Assembly (NCBI GenBank): GCA_000165425.1
Contig: CT868660.1
Coordinates: 186,001 to 250,000 of the forward strand
Source of the DNA: Paramecium tetraurelia
Taxonomy: Eukaryota
Reading direction: 5' to 3'
Length of the DNA: 64,000 bases
In this document: positions 13,538 through 27,764 of the stretch, in pieces
Position numbering within the stretch: the stretch's first letter is position 1
How the letters are laid out: each line of letters starts with the position of its first letter
Notes under the pieces: model-generated
What the model was told of the DNA's origin: nothing
Seen by the model: the letters and a program-made list of their open reading frames with translations, nothing else
The model's database searches: none
Translations under genes and position numbers: made by a program

Positions 13538-13856
13538 TTAAATAGATTAAGAACTTATAGTTCTTTGGGTCTTTTCCTTATAATAGAAATAGAAATACTA
13601 AAACTGAAGAATAAATATAATTTAAATTGCATCTTAGGGAGACAAATATAATAGAAAATAGTTCCTGGGATATAAATGATTACAATATTTTTAATAGAAA
13701 GTAAAGTCAATTTATAAAAGTCACAATAACATTTAACAATTTTCGAAATATAATTAACATACTTTAGGATCGTATCTGATGTCAATCCTGGTTTGTTTTT
13801 GTAAGTACAATGTTTTTGTGATTTTAATTTAATATAACAGTTTATTTTAAAAATAG

Positions 13857-14169
13857 TCATTGTTACTTATTAATTGTATCAAATAACAACTATATTGATT
13901 AGGCTAACTAAGAGTTAGGGTTTTGTTCATTTATTTATTGAATGGCTTTTAACTTCTTGAAATATTCATTTCTCTCTCTCATCAATAGAATATATTGTTT
14001 TTTTAACTCACTCTCATCTCTATCAACACACTAATGATTAAATGTTGAGGAGTACTTCTTTTAAATTTTATAATTTGCCTAGTTTTCTTAAAACTGCCAT
14101 CGAATTTTCATCATTCTATTCTTATAATTCTTATATGTATTATGGGATTAATTTCCATTTCTAACTCAT
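13857..14169 (-). CDS. Small (about 95 aa) protein with an EB1 C-terminal (EBH)-like motif and no CH domain
   Basis: One 25-nt intron; LMRERNEYFKKLKAIQQINEQNPNSQLAQSIQLLF resembles the EB1 motif LEKERDFYFGKLRNIE..I.DILY. Confidence 0.6.
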
Positions 14170-14186
14170 TAATTTATTAAATATAA

Positions 14187-16300
14187 ATGTTTCAAAGACA
14201 AATAAAAAGACCATAATCAGTATGTATAAATTAAGATTATTAATGAAAATAGGCGATCAAATATGAACCATAGGGATATAAATAAAAGTAATCAAATGAA
14301 TGTTAAATTTTAATGCCAAGTGCAATACAGTATTTTTCTGATTTAGATTCGTTGCATCATGTTTCAAACAATTTTCTAAGGCCACAATCAGCAGTTTCAT
14401 TATATTAGAATAAAAAGATAAGTAGCTCAACAATGGTGGATAATAAATAAGTCAGTGACACAAGATTGACTGATCCACGATTAACACCAAGATATATAAA
14501 GAAAGATAAAGAGGAATTGTACTCAGATTTGTTGCTATTATAATAAAAATATAATTAATGCTAAGATGAAAATACTAAATTAAAAACTTAAATTTCGTCA
14601 TTAGAAAAATAAGTTATTCATTTGACAGATTTAGTGAGAAATGTTGAAATGTTCTGCAACAAGAAAACTAGTCATTTCAATGAATTTTAGTTAAAAAAAC
14701 AAATTCAGGATCTCAAATCTAATCTCAAAACTAAAGTGTAAGAATTAGAATCATTAAAATAAAATGTTAAAACTACTAAAATTGATGAAATTAGAATTGA
14801 ATTATAAGAATCTCACATCGAATGTTTAAGATTAAGAACTATGCTTGATCAATAAATACGATAATAAGTGTTGTTTAATTATAATGATCATACATTGATT
14901 GAAGAGAAATTGTACATACAAAGTCAAATGATGAATTAATTAAAAACAGAAAATGATTAAATGACAGGATTACTTAAAATCCAAGAAGAAGAAACCTATT
15001 ATTACAAGAATTTGTTAGCGGAAACCTTAAAAACAGTAAGAAGGTACGAAGAAGCAATTGAAGATTTGCATAAGAATCTAAAAGGTAAAAATTAATTTAT
15101 GGATAAATTGGCTTAAAAAATAGAAGCTTTGAAAAGCACTAATAATGGATTAGCTGATAGAGTAGTAAAGGTGGAGGATTTAAAAGAAGAAATTCGACTT
15201 TTAAAGTGTACAATAGAAGACTAAAATAAATAAATTCAAAGTGTCCTATCTGATAACGAGTATCTTAAGGGAATGGTTCATGAATTAAAAATTAAAAATA
15301 ACGAGAAATCAGAAATATAAGCTAAAGAAAAGAAAGTATTACAAGATTAGATTGCTAAAATATCAAGCTAATATGATCTTTTAGATGATAAATACAAAAA
15401 TTTATTATTAATTTAAGTTTAGGCTAAAAATAAAGAAACTGTTTAATCTTCATTGATTCATAAGAAAGAGCAAACTGTAGGTTTAACTCTTAAAAATAAC
15501 AATGATAGCTTCTAATAACAGAAGATATATGTCCCTAAAAAATTAAGAGCCATCAAAACGAATGATATTTTACATATTGGAGAAGAACTAAATTACAGAT
15601 TTAGAGTAAAGGAAATAATATTAATTGATGTAATAGAATAATTTCTATTTGATGATGACAACAAAAAAGAAAAAAAAGTTAGTATTAAGCAATTACAAAA
15701 AAGTTTCGAAAAAGAACCATTTATGTTATTTGAATAAGATAAAGCATTAACATTTGCTCGTTTCTTAATAGAAGACAACTCCTAGGAATTTGTAGAATTT
15801 AACATTGAACTTACTGAAAATTTGGATAGAGTGAAAAGCATATTTACAAAAATAGTTGGCAAATATAGAATCTTTACTCCTGATGAAGAAATGAAGCATA
15901 AAGAAGATATTACGAAACTTATTATCAAATATAAAAATTCTCTAAAATAACATTTTGATTCTCTTCAAAGTACTAATGGAGAATTAACTAAAAGATAAAT
16001 ATTAGAAACTTTTATCTTTATGGACATTGATATTAATAATTCTCAACTTGAATACTTTTTCTTAAAACTATTTGTTTTTTCAAACAAGATTGATAGATTT
16101 CCGTATTAAAAGATCTTTGAAATATTCTAATAGACTTAAACTGCATCAAGTATCATTACATAATCTCATTCATAGCTCCCCATCTACAAAGGAAGGAAAC
16201 TTAAAGAAAAAAGGCTGCCACTGAATCAAACAAGCAACCTGTATATGTTACAAAGAGTCTATTCAAACAAGTTGAAGGTACTAATCTATAATAAGCTTGA
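14187..16300 (+). CDS. Long coiled-coil protein with RPQSA motifs and a C-terminal EF-hand-like region
   Basis: ORF under the ciliate code with two introns (about 14220-14252 and 16150-16175); heptad-rich centre. Confidence 0.7.
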
Positions 16301-16351
16301 TTCATTATAAAAATTATTAATTAAAATTATTAATTTTAATAGTTATTAAGA

Positions 16352-16997
16352 ATGTTTTTCAGCCATCACTGTTTAGAATGTGGTACATCTTATAATAATT
16401 AAGGACGCTATTCTGAGTGACCCATGGGTTTGTGTATTGAATGCTGTGTATTTATGTGAGAATTGTGCAATGATTTTATCGACTGAAGCAGGAATTACAA
16501 ATATCAAAAAATACTCTAGTTTGAATACAGAGGAGAGAGACAGAATGTAGAAGGGAGGAAACGAAAAATTTAAGTTGAATGTTACTAATGTTAACGATAA
16601 ATTTCATTCTCATAGAGCATTACAATATCGATTTGAAGTATCTATTGAACTATAATAGTTAGCGTTGGGCTTGAGTGAATATGATTCAGACATGAGTACA
16701 AATTATGCTAGTCCAAATAAATCGTTAATCTATTATCCTGAGCAAAAAAAAAAATTAACTTAGGCCTTGGAATTAGAGGGAATGCAATAGGATGTTGAGT
16801 GGTTACAAATACAGTATTAGATTTTGACAAGGGATTTAAAGAAAAAAATTGATAGGAACTTTTATTTGTCCAAATTGGAGGAGATAGGTAAGAAATTTGT
16901 CGAAAAACAATAATAGAAATAAGTTCAACAGAAATAAATTCATAATCAAAATGATGTTTTTTAATCTTTTTCAGCATTAATGAAAAAATAGAATTGA
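16352..16997 (+). CDS. Divergent ArfGAP-like zinc-finger protein (frame broken near the 5' end)
   Basis: CLEC...DPWVCVLNAVYLCENC...RMQKGGNEKF. The catalytic CxxCxxxHR Arg is absent. 22 or 25 nt must be removed at about 16383-16408, but only a 21-nt GT..AG is available. Confidence 0.6.
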
Positions 16998-17203
16998 AAT
17001 ATCATTTAAATATAATAAGCTTTCATAGTGATTATAAAGATATATATCTATAATGACATTGTTATGTTTTTAAACTGAGATCCTATTTTTATTCATATTC
17101 CTCTTAAACATTTATGAATTTATATCACGTTTCAGACTAGCAGTAAATTAAACTAATATTCAAATATTTTTTTATTTAAATAAATTAATTACTACAAATC
17201 GTT

Positions 17204-20033
17204 ATGAAAAAAATAAATCAATAGATGCAAAAAATAGCAGGACGCAATAGCTTTTAAGAATCTCCATTACAATTGGAAAAGAAAACCTTAAAAAATTCCA
17301 CCAAACCAATTAAAACAGAAAGACCTTAACAAAAAGGCAAAACCAAATTATACGATTATTTTAAGAAAGAAAGGAATTCATTAGCCTAGGTGGTCAATAA
17401 CATTAGAGCTAAATTGAAGGGGAGCAAAAGTATTGATAATGTGTTCCTTTTAACATAAAAAAGCGAGAGAGCAAAAACATCGTAACAAAATGTAATACTT
17501 TTAAATAGTATAAAATAGCAAATTGAACAAAGAGTCTAAACAGATGAAGGGAATAGTTCTAAAAGAATAAATTTGAAAACAAAAAATTTATCTTTAGCTA
17601 CTGTCTCAGTTGAAGTATAAATTAAATATATTATTTAGAAAAAGGAATATGCAAAGTAACCTTCAACTACTAAATAATCTTATAATTAATCACCTTCTAG
17701 TTAATCAAAACCAATTTTAAATAAGTCTAAATCCAAAGATCAATACTTATTTGAGATGGTATTTATTATTTTCATAGTTAATAGTTAAAAAATGCTCAAA
17801 AGATATCAAATCAATATTAACAATACTTTAATTTGAAGTAAAATAAGTAATCTATATAATCAGACACTTCAACAAATCATAGATAATCACTCGAAGATAT
17901 GTTATTAAGTTAAAAATCCACAAAAGGATCTCCTCAACCATACAGTTCAAAATTATCAAAAAAAACAGATGCCGACTCAAAATCGCTTAATTCAGGGTAT
18001 TCTAAAACTGAATAAACCCCTGTAATTAAATAACAATAGAAAACTAAAATTGAAGAGTCACTCTAATATGATCCTAAAAAGAAACTTCAAGTGGTTCTAT
18101 TTTATAAATAAACAAAGTACAATTTCCATTCAATAATTTAGATATTACTATTTGTATGATTATGAAAATTAAAAAACTGATAACTTGTATAACTTTCTCA
18201 TTTAATAAATTGCAACTATAGAATTGGCCTCAGCAAAAGTAGAAGGAGGAGGAGGCACTGGTTCGACTGAAGATTAACACATTTAAGAAGGTATATCAAA
18301 GATTAATGTAGAATTGAATAAGATTTGCCAATTCATTACAGTTTCTAAAAACATCCCTTATGATTATTACATTTCATTGCCTGAAATGCCTCTAAATGTG
18401 TTTTAAGGCATAACCCTCTAGTTATAGCCCTAGTATGCTTAGTTCTAAGAAACAAAGAGAGTTGGATTGAAGGATTTTAATTTGATAAAATGCATAGGAG
18501 TAGGAGGATTTTCAAGGGTGTATTTAGTGAAAAAAAAAGACAATGGACAATTTTATGCCTTAAAATTAATAGATAAAAAGTTCATTTTTGATAATGCAAA
18601 GGAGGTAATAGTTTAAAATGAGAGAGACATAATGGTAAGGATGGAAAATTAGTATATCACAAAATTGCATTATGCCTTTGAGACAAAATTTTATATTGCT
18701 TTTGTATTAGAATATTGTGCAGGAGGAGAGTTATTTTATCACTTGAGAAAACTAAAGAGACTAAATGAACAAGAAGCAAAATATTACTTTGTTGAAATAT
18801 GTATAGGAATGGCATATTTACATTCATAAAATATTGTTTACAGAGACATTAAGCCTGAAAATATCTTATTGGATTTGCAAGGTCATATGATGCTTAGTGA
18901 TTTTGGATTATCTAAACCAAATATGGAGGATGGAGAACTAGCTTATTCATTTTGTGGTTCACCTGAGTATATGGCTCCTGAGATGTTGATGAAATCTGGA
19001 CACAGCTATTTAGTAGATTGTTATTGCCTTGGTGCTTTACTTTATGAACTAGTTTCTGGATTACCTCCTTTTTATTCTAACAATACTTAAGAAATATATA
19101 ATGCGATTTTGACAGAGAATGTCTAATTTCCAGATTATGTCTAAATTTCTGATTAATTAAAAGATCTAATTATTAGACTGCTTTAAAAAGATCCAAATCA
19201 GAGATTAGGATAAAATGGGGGGATTGTTGAAATTCTAACTCATGTTTGGTTTCATGATGTCGACTTCGAAGCAATAGTAAACTAAAAACTTCCAACTCCT
19301 TATAAGCCTGAGCCTTTAAAATATAATTTTGATGAAGAAGAATTCAATAAAGGAGATGCTGAATTCAGAAAACAATATGCATTTAATCTTCAATATGAAT
19401 TTTAAGTATTTACAAACAAATTATATTTGTTAGAACATTGATAATGCAAATTATAAACTGCAAGATTTTTATTATGAAAGACCATAATTAGAATTTAAAA
19501 ATAGAACCAATTTAGTAAATACAAGCAAATTAGTTTCAGAATTAATTTAAAAAGAATCATTATCACCAAATAAATAAATGTTATCAAAAGTCAAGGTAAA
19601 TGTAATAAATAAATTGCATAGCATTCGCCTTAAGAAAGTAAAAAAGTTTTAAGACCTAATATTAAGAGTGAAGCTCTTGACTATTTCAAAAAGCATAATC
19701 TTTTGACGAAATCTTCGTAGATTCTTCATTAGTCCTTAAAGTTGGGTCATGCTTATTCCAAAACCTTATAATAGCCTTCAATGTCAATTCAAGATTTAAA
19801 AGTATAAGAATTTAATAATTAAGAAATTAAAATAATTGTTTGATCAATCTAAATAATTGTTAAGTTCTGATAGATTAACTACAGTTCCTGATTAGAATAA
19901 TAAAAATGGAGTAGAAAGAGTCAAAACTGAACAAATTGGTAATTTGCCATCTCCTAAAACCACAACCAATAGTGCTGCAAATAAATTAGCTAAGTTTTCT
20001 AAATTATTTGGATCGGAAAAAAGAAAAAAATGA
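17204..20033 (+). CDS. AGC-family Ser/Thr protein kinase with long low-complexity extensions
   Basis: IGVGGFSRV, YALK, YRDIKPEN, DFG, YSFCGSPEYMAPE, AGC C-tail PYKP..NFDEE. Confidence 0.92.
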
Positions 20034-20137
20034 AGATGTATTTATAGTTAAAGTGGATGTATTACTCTTTAGTATATAATTAATTTAAATAATAATAATG
20101 TACTTTTTTTGTGCAATGTAATGTATTAATAATGCAA

Positions 20138-20783
20138 TCATTTCTTCTTTTATTCGACTTTCTTAATGTAAAATTCTAATTCCTTTCCTTCCAAAATGTA
20201 ACCATCAGCTCTTCCTGATTATCCTGGTCTTGATGTAATTCTAACCAATAATCTTTAATTTGTAAATTATTCTTAAACCAATGCATCAATGGCATTTTCC
20301 TTTGCTCTTTCTTCTAATTTCTTAATAAGACTTCTTGATTTTTTAGTTGCTTCAGGTTGTCCCTTCCTAATTTAATAAATCATTATTACTTTCTTGTCCT
20401 TTCTTCTTTGATCCCAATTTTACATTATATTTCTTTGCATACCATTATCTAAATGGAGTAGCATCAACTTAAACAATCACTCCCCTAGTAAGTGTCTTGG
20501 TTCTGACCAATTCATTATTTGATGGATGGTAAACAACCTCAACAATTTTAGCTTTTTTAGCAACACCTTGGCTTCCCCAAGAGAAATTGCCTTCTGATAA
20601 ACGGAGTGCTCTGAATTTGAAATTTCCTCCTCTGACTCTTAATCTTCTGACTCTCTTTTCTCCTGATACCAATTTGGTCATTGCTGCCTATCTTCCTTTT
20701 TCAAAGGCTCTCTTCTTCTTATGAATAGGCATACGACCTCCTGTAAGTCTTCTTTTGTGTCTACTATCTCTTGAAATTCCCAT
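20138..20783 (-). CDS. RPS8: 40S ribosomal protein S8 (eS8)
   Basis: [52 protein letters not shown]; intron 20367-20389. Confidence 0.98.
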
Positions 20784-20948
20784 GAATTGCTTTCTTAAAT
20801 AAAAAAAGATTTTATTTAATTTTAAAATGTGCTTATATATTAAACCAAATATTTTATTTATTTTCCATTATTAATTAGGTGTGTTTTGCAAGGAGAAAGG
20901 GAAGTTTAAGAAATTCTACAAAACATAAAATATGAACAAATGTAAAAA

Positions 20949-21465
20949 TCAAATTTATTTATTTGTTGGACTTAAATTGAATCTATATTATATGCTAAAT
21001 ATATTACTATGTATTGTCACTAAATTAAAATGAGTATTTCATGAGAGACTTAGGGATTCTATACTCAAAGCTCAAATCATCAATTTAATATATAGAGTTT
21101 CCTTTATTTTTTTTAATTGACTTATCAATTTGTCGTTATTAAGCTATTGATTTATTTAGATCCTAACTCTATTAACTAAGCAATTTTAAATAAGGTTGTT
21201 AGACAATGACCTATTTGAGTATGTTCTTAGGACTTTTAGCAAGACATTATCGGTTGCTATCAGAATTAGGAAAACTAGGTAATCTTAACTTGGGTAGTTG
21301 CTTAACTCTATTGGGACTAAATGGGCTCATATTTTAGAATTGGAATATGTTTCTACTCTTTAATTGTTTGACAACTAAATAGCGATTTCGAATTTTAAAG
21401 TTTTTGAATTCTATTTCTCTTTTTGGTTCTATTATATTTTTTTTTAATTGATAGTATAATGACAT
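20949..21465 (-). CDS. Hypothetical basic protein
   Basis: MSLYYQLKKNIIEPKRE.. ORF; the 3' end is inferred through a 25-nt intron. Confidence 0.5.
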
Positions 21466-21636
21466 TAAAATAATTATAATTAATATTTTTTTGAATTTAT
21501 AAGGCTATGCAACGATCATTTTCGAAATCCTTTTTTGAATGAGATTTTGAACAATATTTAATTAATTGATTATAAAATTAAGAGTAATGTGATCATTTAT
21601 TTTAAGCATAAACAAATAATAATTCATGAGATTACG

Positions 21637-22201
21637 TCATCCATCCCAGGAATTAGTTGGCTTACGAACCCTGTGTTTAGATCTATTGATTAATGATTAT
21701 AAAGTACAATAGACTCTAAAACAAATCCTTAAGTTCAGTGTTACTCATAGGTTAAAAGGGATGGGCAGGGAAATATTCATTCGGTCTTTCTAATTCCAAT
21801 GGGAATGACCTTTATGGTTGCCTCTGAATTGTATTGTCACCTCTGAGGGATTTAGTTTTTTAAGTTTTCCTTACCTTAACGATATTAGATTCGGTGGAAA
21901 ATCTAGTTTTAGATTGGTCATTATTTCTTTCTTAAATTCTGACTTTAGGAATATTGACATCAACTTGAGAATACGAAATCTCATAGCTTAAGACTGGAGG
22001 GAGTTTGATATCTTCCTTTGATCTATCAGTTGAGGATCCAAAAGCATAACTTTTTTTTCTTTGCCGACTTTCTTCAATTTTGTATGCTGAAAGATTTGGT
22101 TTTTAAACTCTTGATTTATGCAGTACAAATTTCTGGTAATTAAGTTCTGCGTCTGTGCTCTCAGTATTTTGAGAGAAGAAATCATATAGATCTCTGACCA
22201 T
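21637..22201 (-). CDS. Hypothetical protein
   Basis: MVRDLYDFFSQNTESTDAE..RKPTNSWDG*; one 25-nt intron. Confidence 0.6.
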
Positions 22202-22373
22202 TTGATTATGATAATTAATGATGTATTTATATATAATTTATCTGGATTTGTGTGATGTAGAATGGAGGCAGAGAATAATGAAGTGGAAAGGAGCGACAGG
22301 AGTTAAATAAGTGTTTGAAGCTTCAAGCAATTAAATACATATTAAATACAAATTAATTATAGTTAATTTAGAA

Positions 22374-23145
22374 ATGCAAACTTTGCAATCCATAATCTAG
22401 TAAAGAGTTTTGTAGTAAATAAATAAGCAAAAAACAGAACCATTGCAATCCTTGAATATTACCTATGTAAATTGCATTCTAAACCTTAGTATTCAGCAAC
22501 CAAGATACAATTGGCTTTGGACGAAGCTGTTTAAATAGGCAAGGTCATGCAAGTAATTACAAATTTAAGTAGGGTATTCAAGGTGTTCATCTCCAGAAAT
22601 AGTAATCCGATGCATTGATTTCTAGCAGTAAAGTGGCAGTTCTTAATGTTGATTACAATAATCCTATGGTTTTACCCAAAAATGAAGAAAATAAATAGGG
22701 TCCATAGAAAGGCAGGTTTCTTGTAAGAAATGAGTATGGCAGTAAATTGTCCTCTGAAAATAAAATCACACATTCATCAGTTGTTCCCAATAAATACCAT
22801 AAAAATTATTTATCCTATGGCGAGGAATGCAACAGGATAAAAGAAGAGAATAATAGGATGAGGAAAAAAGAATATGATAAAAAAGTTAGAATATTTAATT
22901 TACCAAAAATAAAAACAGATTACATTAGTTCTCCAAATAGTTTTTAAAAACAATTATCTGGATAGAACACTGCAGAAGTTCAAAACTCAGATAATATCAA
23001 AGATACTTTGGATGATAATTTATTGTAGGAATACAATTAGTACTAATTGCAATAAAAATAAGCTATGTATTATAAAAAATAACTCCTTCTTTGGAATAAA
23101 AAATAGAGAAATCTTGATATGAATGATGATGATTAATTTGACTGA
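22374..23145 (+). CDS. Hypothetical protein
   Basis: MQTLQSIIQQRVL..; introns of 23 and 20 nt give a continuous frame ending NDDDQFD*. Confidence 0.6.
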
Positions 23146-23280
23146 TTTGTAATTTATTTTAAATAATGACATCGATTGTGGAATACTAATATAAATAATT
23201 TTAAAATCTATACGTTAGCCTTGTATATTTTAACTTAATTTGTAATATGAAAATTAAATAAAATAATTTATTATATTAAT

Positions 23281-23670
23281 ATGTCATAAGTGAAAAAAAG
23301 CCTCTTAAAAGTAGAGAAACTTTAATTTGATATCTACATAAATAAATAGTTAATTTAAGTGGATTATGATGATTAAACTACTGTGGGGGAAATTCTCGAT
23401 TTCATTGCAAGGATACAAAATATTTCGAACTCAGATATCTCTTTGTATTTGGCTAAAAAAAGTGGTGAACCCAAGCTGTGTTTCCCAGCTTTGGAGAGAA
23501 ATAGAAAATTAATAAAAACAAATGAAAAACGATTTGTTGTTGTTATGAAGTAATAAGAACCAAAAATTTAAATTGAATAGAATTTAGAAGCAGTGAAAAT
23601 AACTGAAGGAAGACGCCCAAAATAAAGTGTTTTCAAGAAATGGTTTGGAATCTCCATGACTTGTAAATGA
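23281..23670 (+). CDS. Small stand-alone CRIM (Sin1/Avo1 ubiquitin-like)-domain-like protein
   Basis: Intronless 129 aa; DDQTTVGEILDFI..LYLAKKSGEPKLCFPALERNRKL..RFVVV resembles the CRIM pattern L.IA..DGE.D.DFP.LD. Confidence 0.6.
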
Positions 23671-23901
23671 TTTATTAAGTATATATAAATTACTTTTAAT
23701 AAAATATCTTTTAATTATTGATTATAGGGATTATAATTTTTGTTGTACACCCATATCTTTTAAGCAATAAATTAAATGCACTTTTGATAATCTTATCGGA
23801 AGTATTTAATAATGCAATACATATAGATACAGTAATATTGAAAATAAAATAAATAGTAATGTAATATCTATAATTAATATATAAAATCTAAGCAAAATCG
23901 G

Positions 23902-25453
<1,552 letters not shown>

Positions 25454-25495
25454 TTCAATAGAATATATAAAATATATTAATTACAATTTTTGTAA

Positions 25496-26208
25496 TCAAA
25501 CAATGGAAGCTTATAGATTCCATGTCCTTTATTTTTTTTTTTAATTGCTTTCGTAATCTAAGATATTGGATGTTGATTTACTTGTTATATACTTTTTGAC
25601 CTAGACAACAAAGTAGATGATGACTCCCAAGAACATTGTTTCAATGATGGCTTAAACCATCATCAAAGTTCCCTGGTACAATTAGCCGCATATGATTTCT
25701 TGCTTCTAATCATCAGTAATTTCAGTTGTAGCTGGTTATTAGGGGACACTTTCCTATAACAATCGACTTTTGGATAAAATATTATATTGTTAAGCATAGC
25801 CTTGCATGAGAGCCCAAACTAAAAAGTAAGTAATTAATCGTATAGCCAAGACAAACGATGTCAAACAGAGGTATTTCCCAATTTCAGATGAGGACCTAGA
25901 ATTAATGCCAAGAAATCCATAGGTTGAACTAGCGATCCAGAATATGTTGCCACCTACTATAACTAAGCACAAAATTGCATATGTATAACATGTAGTTCGA
26001 TAATGTATGAAGTAGTATAGAAATCTAATGCACTAGTATAAAAATGCACACTAAAGATATTGCATAGTTAACTTACGATTATGAATATATTTGAACTTTG
26101 CAGAAATCTAATGTTGTCCTCGATAGTTTCATTGAATTCTTCGCAATCAGGAGGCAACAGGGAGTCGCCTTATCGCTTGGTAATAATGAAAGGCCTATTA
26201 ATTTCCAT
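25496..26208 (-). CDS. Hypothetical multi-pass (about 4 TM) membrane protein
   Basis: MEINRPFIITKR..; four hydrophobic segments; one 26-nt intron. Confidence 0.7.
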
Positions 26209-26247
26209 CCGTGGATTTGAATCGATAAAATTAATATATATATTAAG

Positions 26248-26872
26248 ATGAATTAATTGAGAAATTAGAGAGGCACGGACATAGATGAAGTATACATTGA
26301 TCCAGAGAGAGGAGTAGCAATTAATGCTCGTCAGATGACCACGGAATAGCATTTCAAATATTACAAATCCTCATTCAGTACTATGAGACCTGATTTGACT
26401 GAATATGAGTATGAAGCATTTGCCAAGAGATTGAGAGTGGGTATTTGAGAATTCATAACAAAGGCGAGTCGTTCTTGAATCACATGAGGGTGTTTCTCAA
26501 TCATGAATCAGGTAGGATCACAAATCTTTATCCTGTAAGTGCTAGAATGGACAAAGCTCTGGTATATGATGCATTACTATAATCAAGAACTATTAACAAT
26601 AATACTTCCATTTGCGTCCTCCTTTTATTTTGGGCCACAGATCAAATGCAAATAGAAATTGGGCTGATGCATCAAAAGTTGTGAATTATGTTGAGAAACA
26701 ATTATTAAAAATTACAAAATACGGTAACTATCTCCAAACTAAGGTCCTAGGCTTGGATTATCCTAATTATTATGCACCAGCAACTGCACAAGAATTGAAA
26801 CAGAGAGAAGATGAGATTTATGAGAGATTCGTCAGGGAAATGAGAAAACCTCCCATCGTTGCAGCATAATGA
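26248..26872 (+). CDS. Conserved-looking hypothetical protein (about 180 aa)
   Basis: Well-formed ORF with three tiny introns and higher GC than flanks (..HLRPPFILGHRSNANRNWADASKVVNYVEKQLLKITKYGLDYPNYYAP..). Family not recognised. Confidence 0.75.
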
Positions 26873-27102
26873 AAATTATACAAATAAATAATAAATTATT
26901 ATTAGAATCTTTTTTACTAATGCATCTCTACACTTAGTCTCCAAGTATTAATCAAATCACACTATCAATTCTGATTGTGTACGAGATTGTTACATTCTAT
27001 TAACTTTTGCCAATAAATCTAATGAATAAGATATGGATTTATTAAAATTAATTTATAAAATGTCTGAAACTATAATATTTTTTTATCTTTTAAGTTATTA
27101 AT

Positions 27103-27558
27103 ATGAATAAGTCAGACAAATACTTAATGTTTGAAGATGACATCTCCAGTACTCAAAGTTCTGAAGGAGAAGATTACATTCCTAAAAGAATAATATCTAA
27201 ATCCAACACAAGAAGGATCCATAAAATCCCCATAGAGCAACAACAATAACTATTTCGACAAGTCTTTCAGGAAAGCAAACCAATTAAAGAGGTATTCATT
27301 TTCCTATTACAATAGGTTGCCAAAGCTTTGAATCTAAATTACTCTAGTGCTAAATCTCTCATTCATTATTATAAAAATAATAAACGCTCAGCCCCCTCAG
27401 CAGTCTTAGATGTTTTAAGTGGCAAAAAGTCTCTGGTGTGTCAAGTTTCATAAAAAATTGATAAAAAAAAATACAATAATCTAAAAATAGAAGTCAGGCA
27501 AAAAAATCAAATTCTTCACTCCTACAACTATTATGAACAAAAGACGACTCATAAATGA
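27103..27558 (+). CDS. Helix-turn-helix (homeodomain-like) DNA-binding protein
   Basis: KIPIEQQQQLFRQVFQESKPIKEVAKALNLNYSSAKSLIHYYK HTH pattern; 24-nt intron. Confidence 0.7.
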
Positions 27559-27764
27559 CTTATAAATTAAAATTATAATCTTCATTACGTTAGATCTTTT
27601 CTTCATCTCAATTAGGATTTCCAATTAAATAATTTTATACATTAAATCAATATCAAATATAATTTAAATACTCAATTTTAGGGGACTTGCTCTCCTCAAA
27701 ACTACACCTATTTGCCAAATAGAACATAATAAAATTCAATAATTGTATTCAATTCTAATTATAA

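Noticed and set aside
16840..16900. DRNFYLSKLEEI in the ArfGAP-like tail, resembling the EB1 ERDFYFGKL motif
   Set aside because: Too short, lacks the following EBH hairpin helix, and is likely coincidental.
27670..27725. GC-richer stem-loops after an Sm-site-like AATTTTAG, possible snRNA/snoRNA end
   Set aside because: Upstream sequence shows no snRNA structure or conserved boxes; unsupported without a covariance search.
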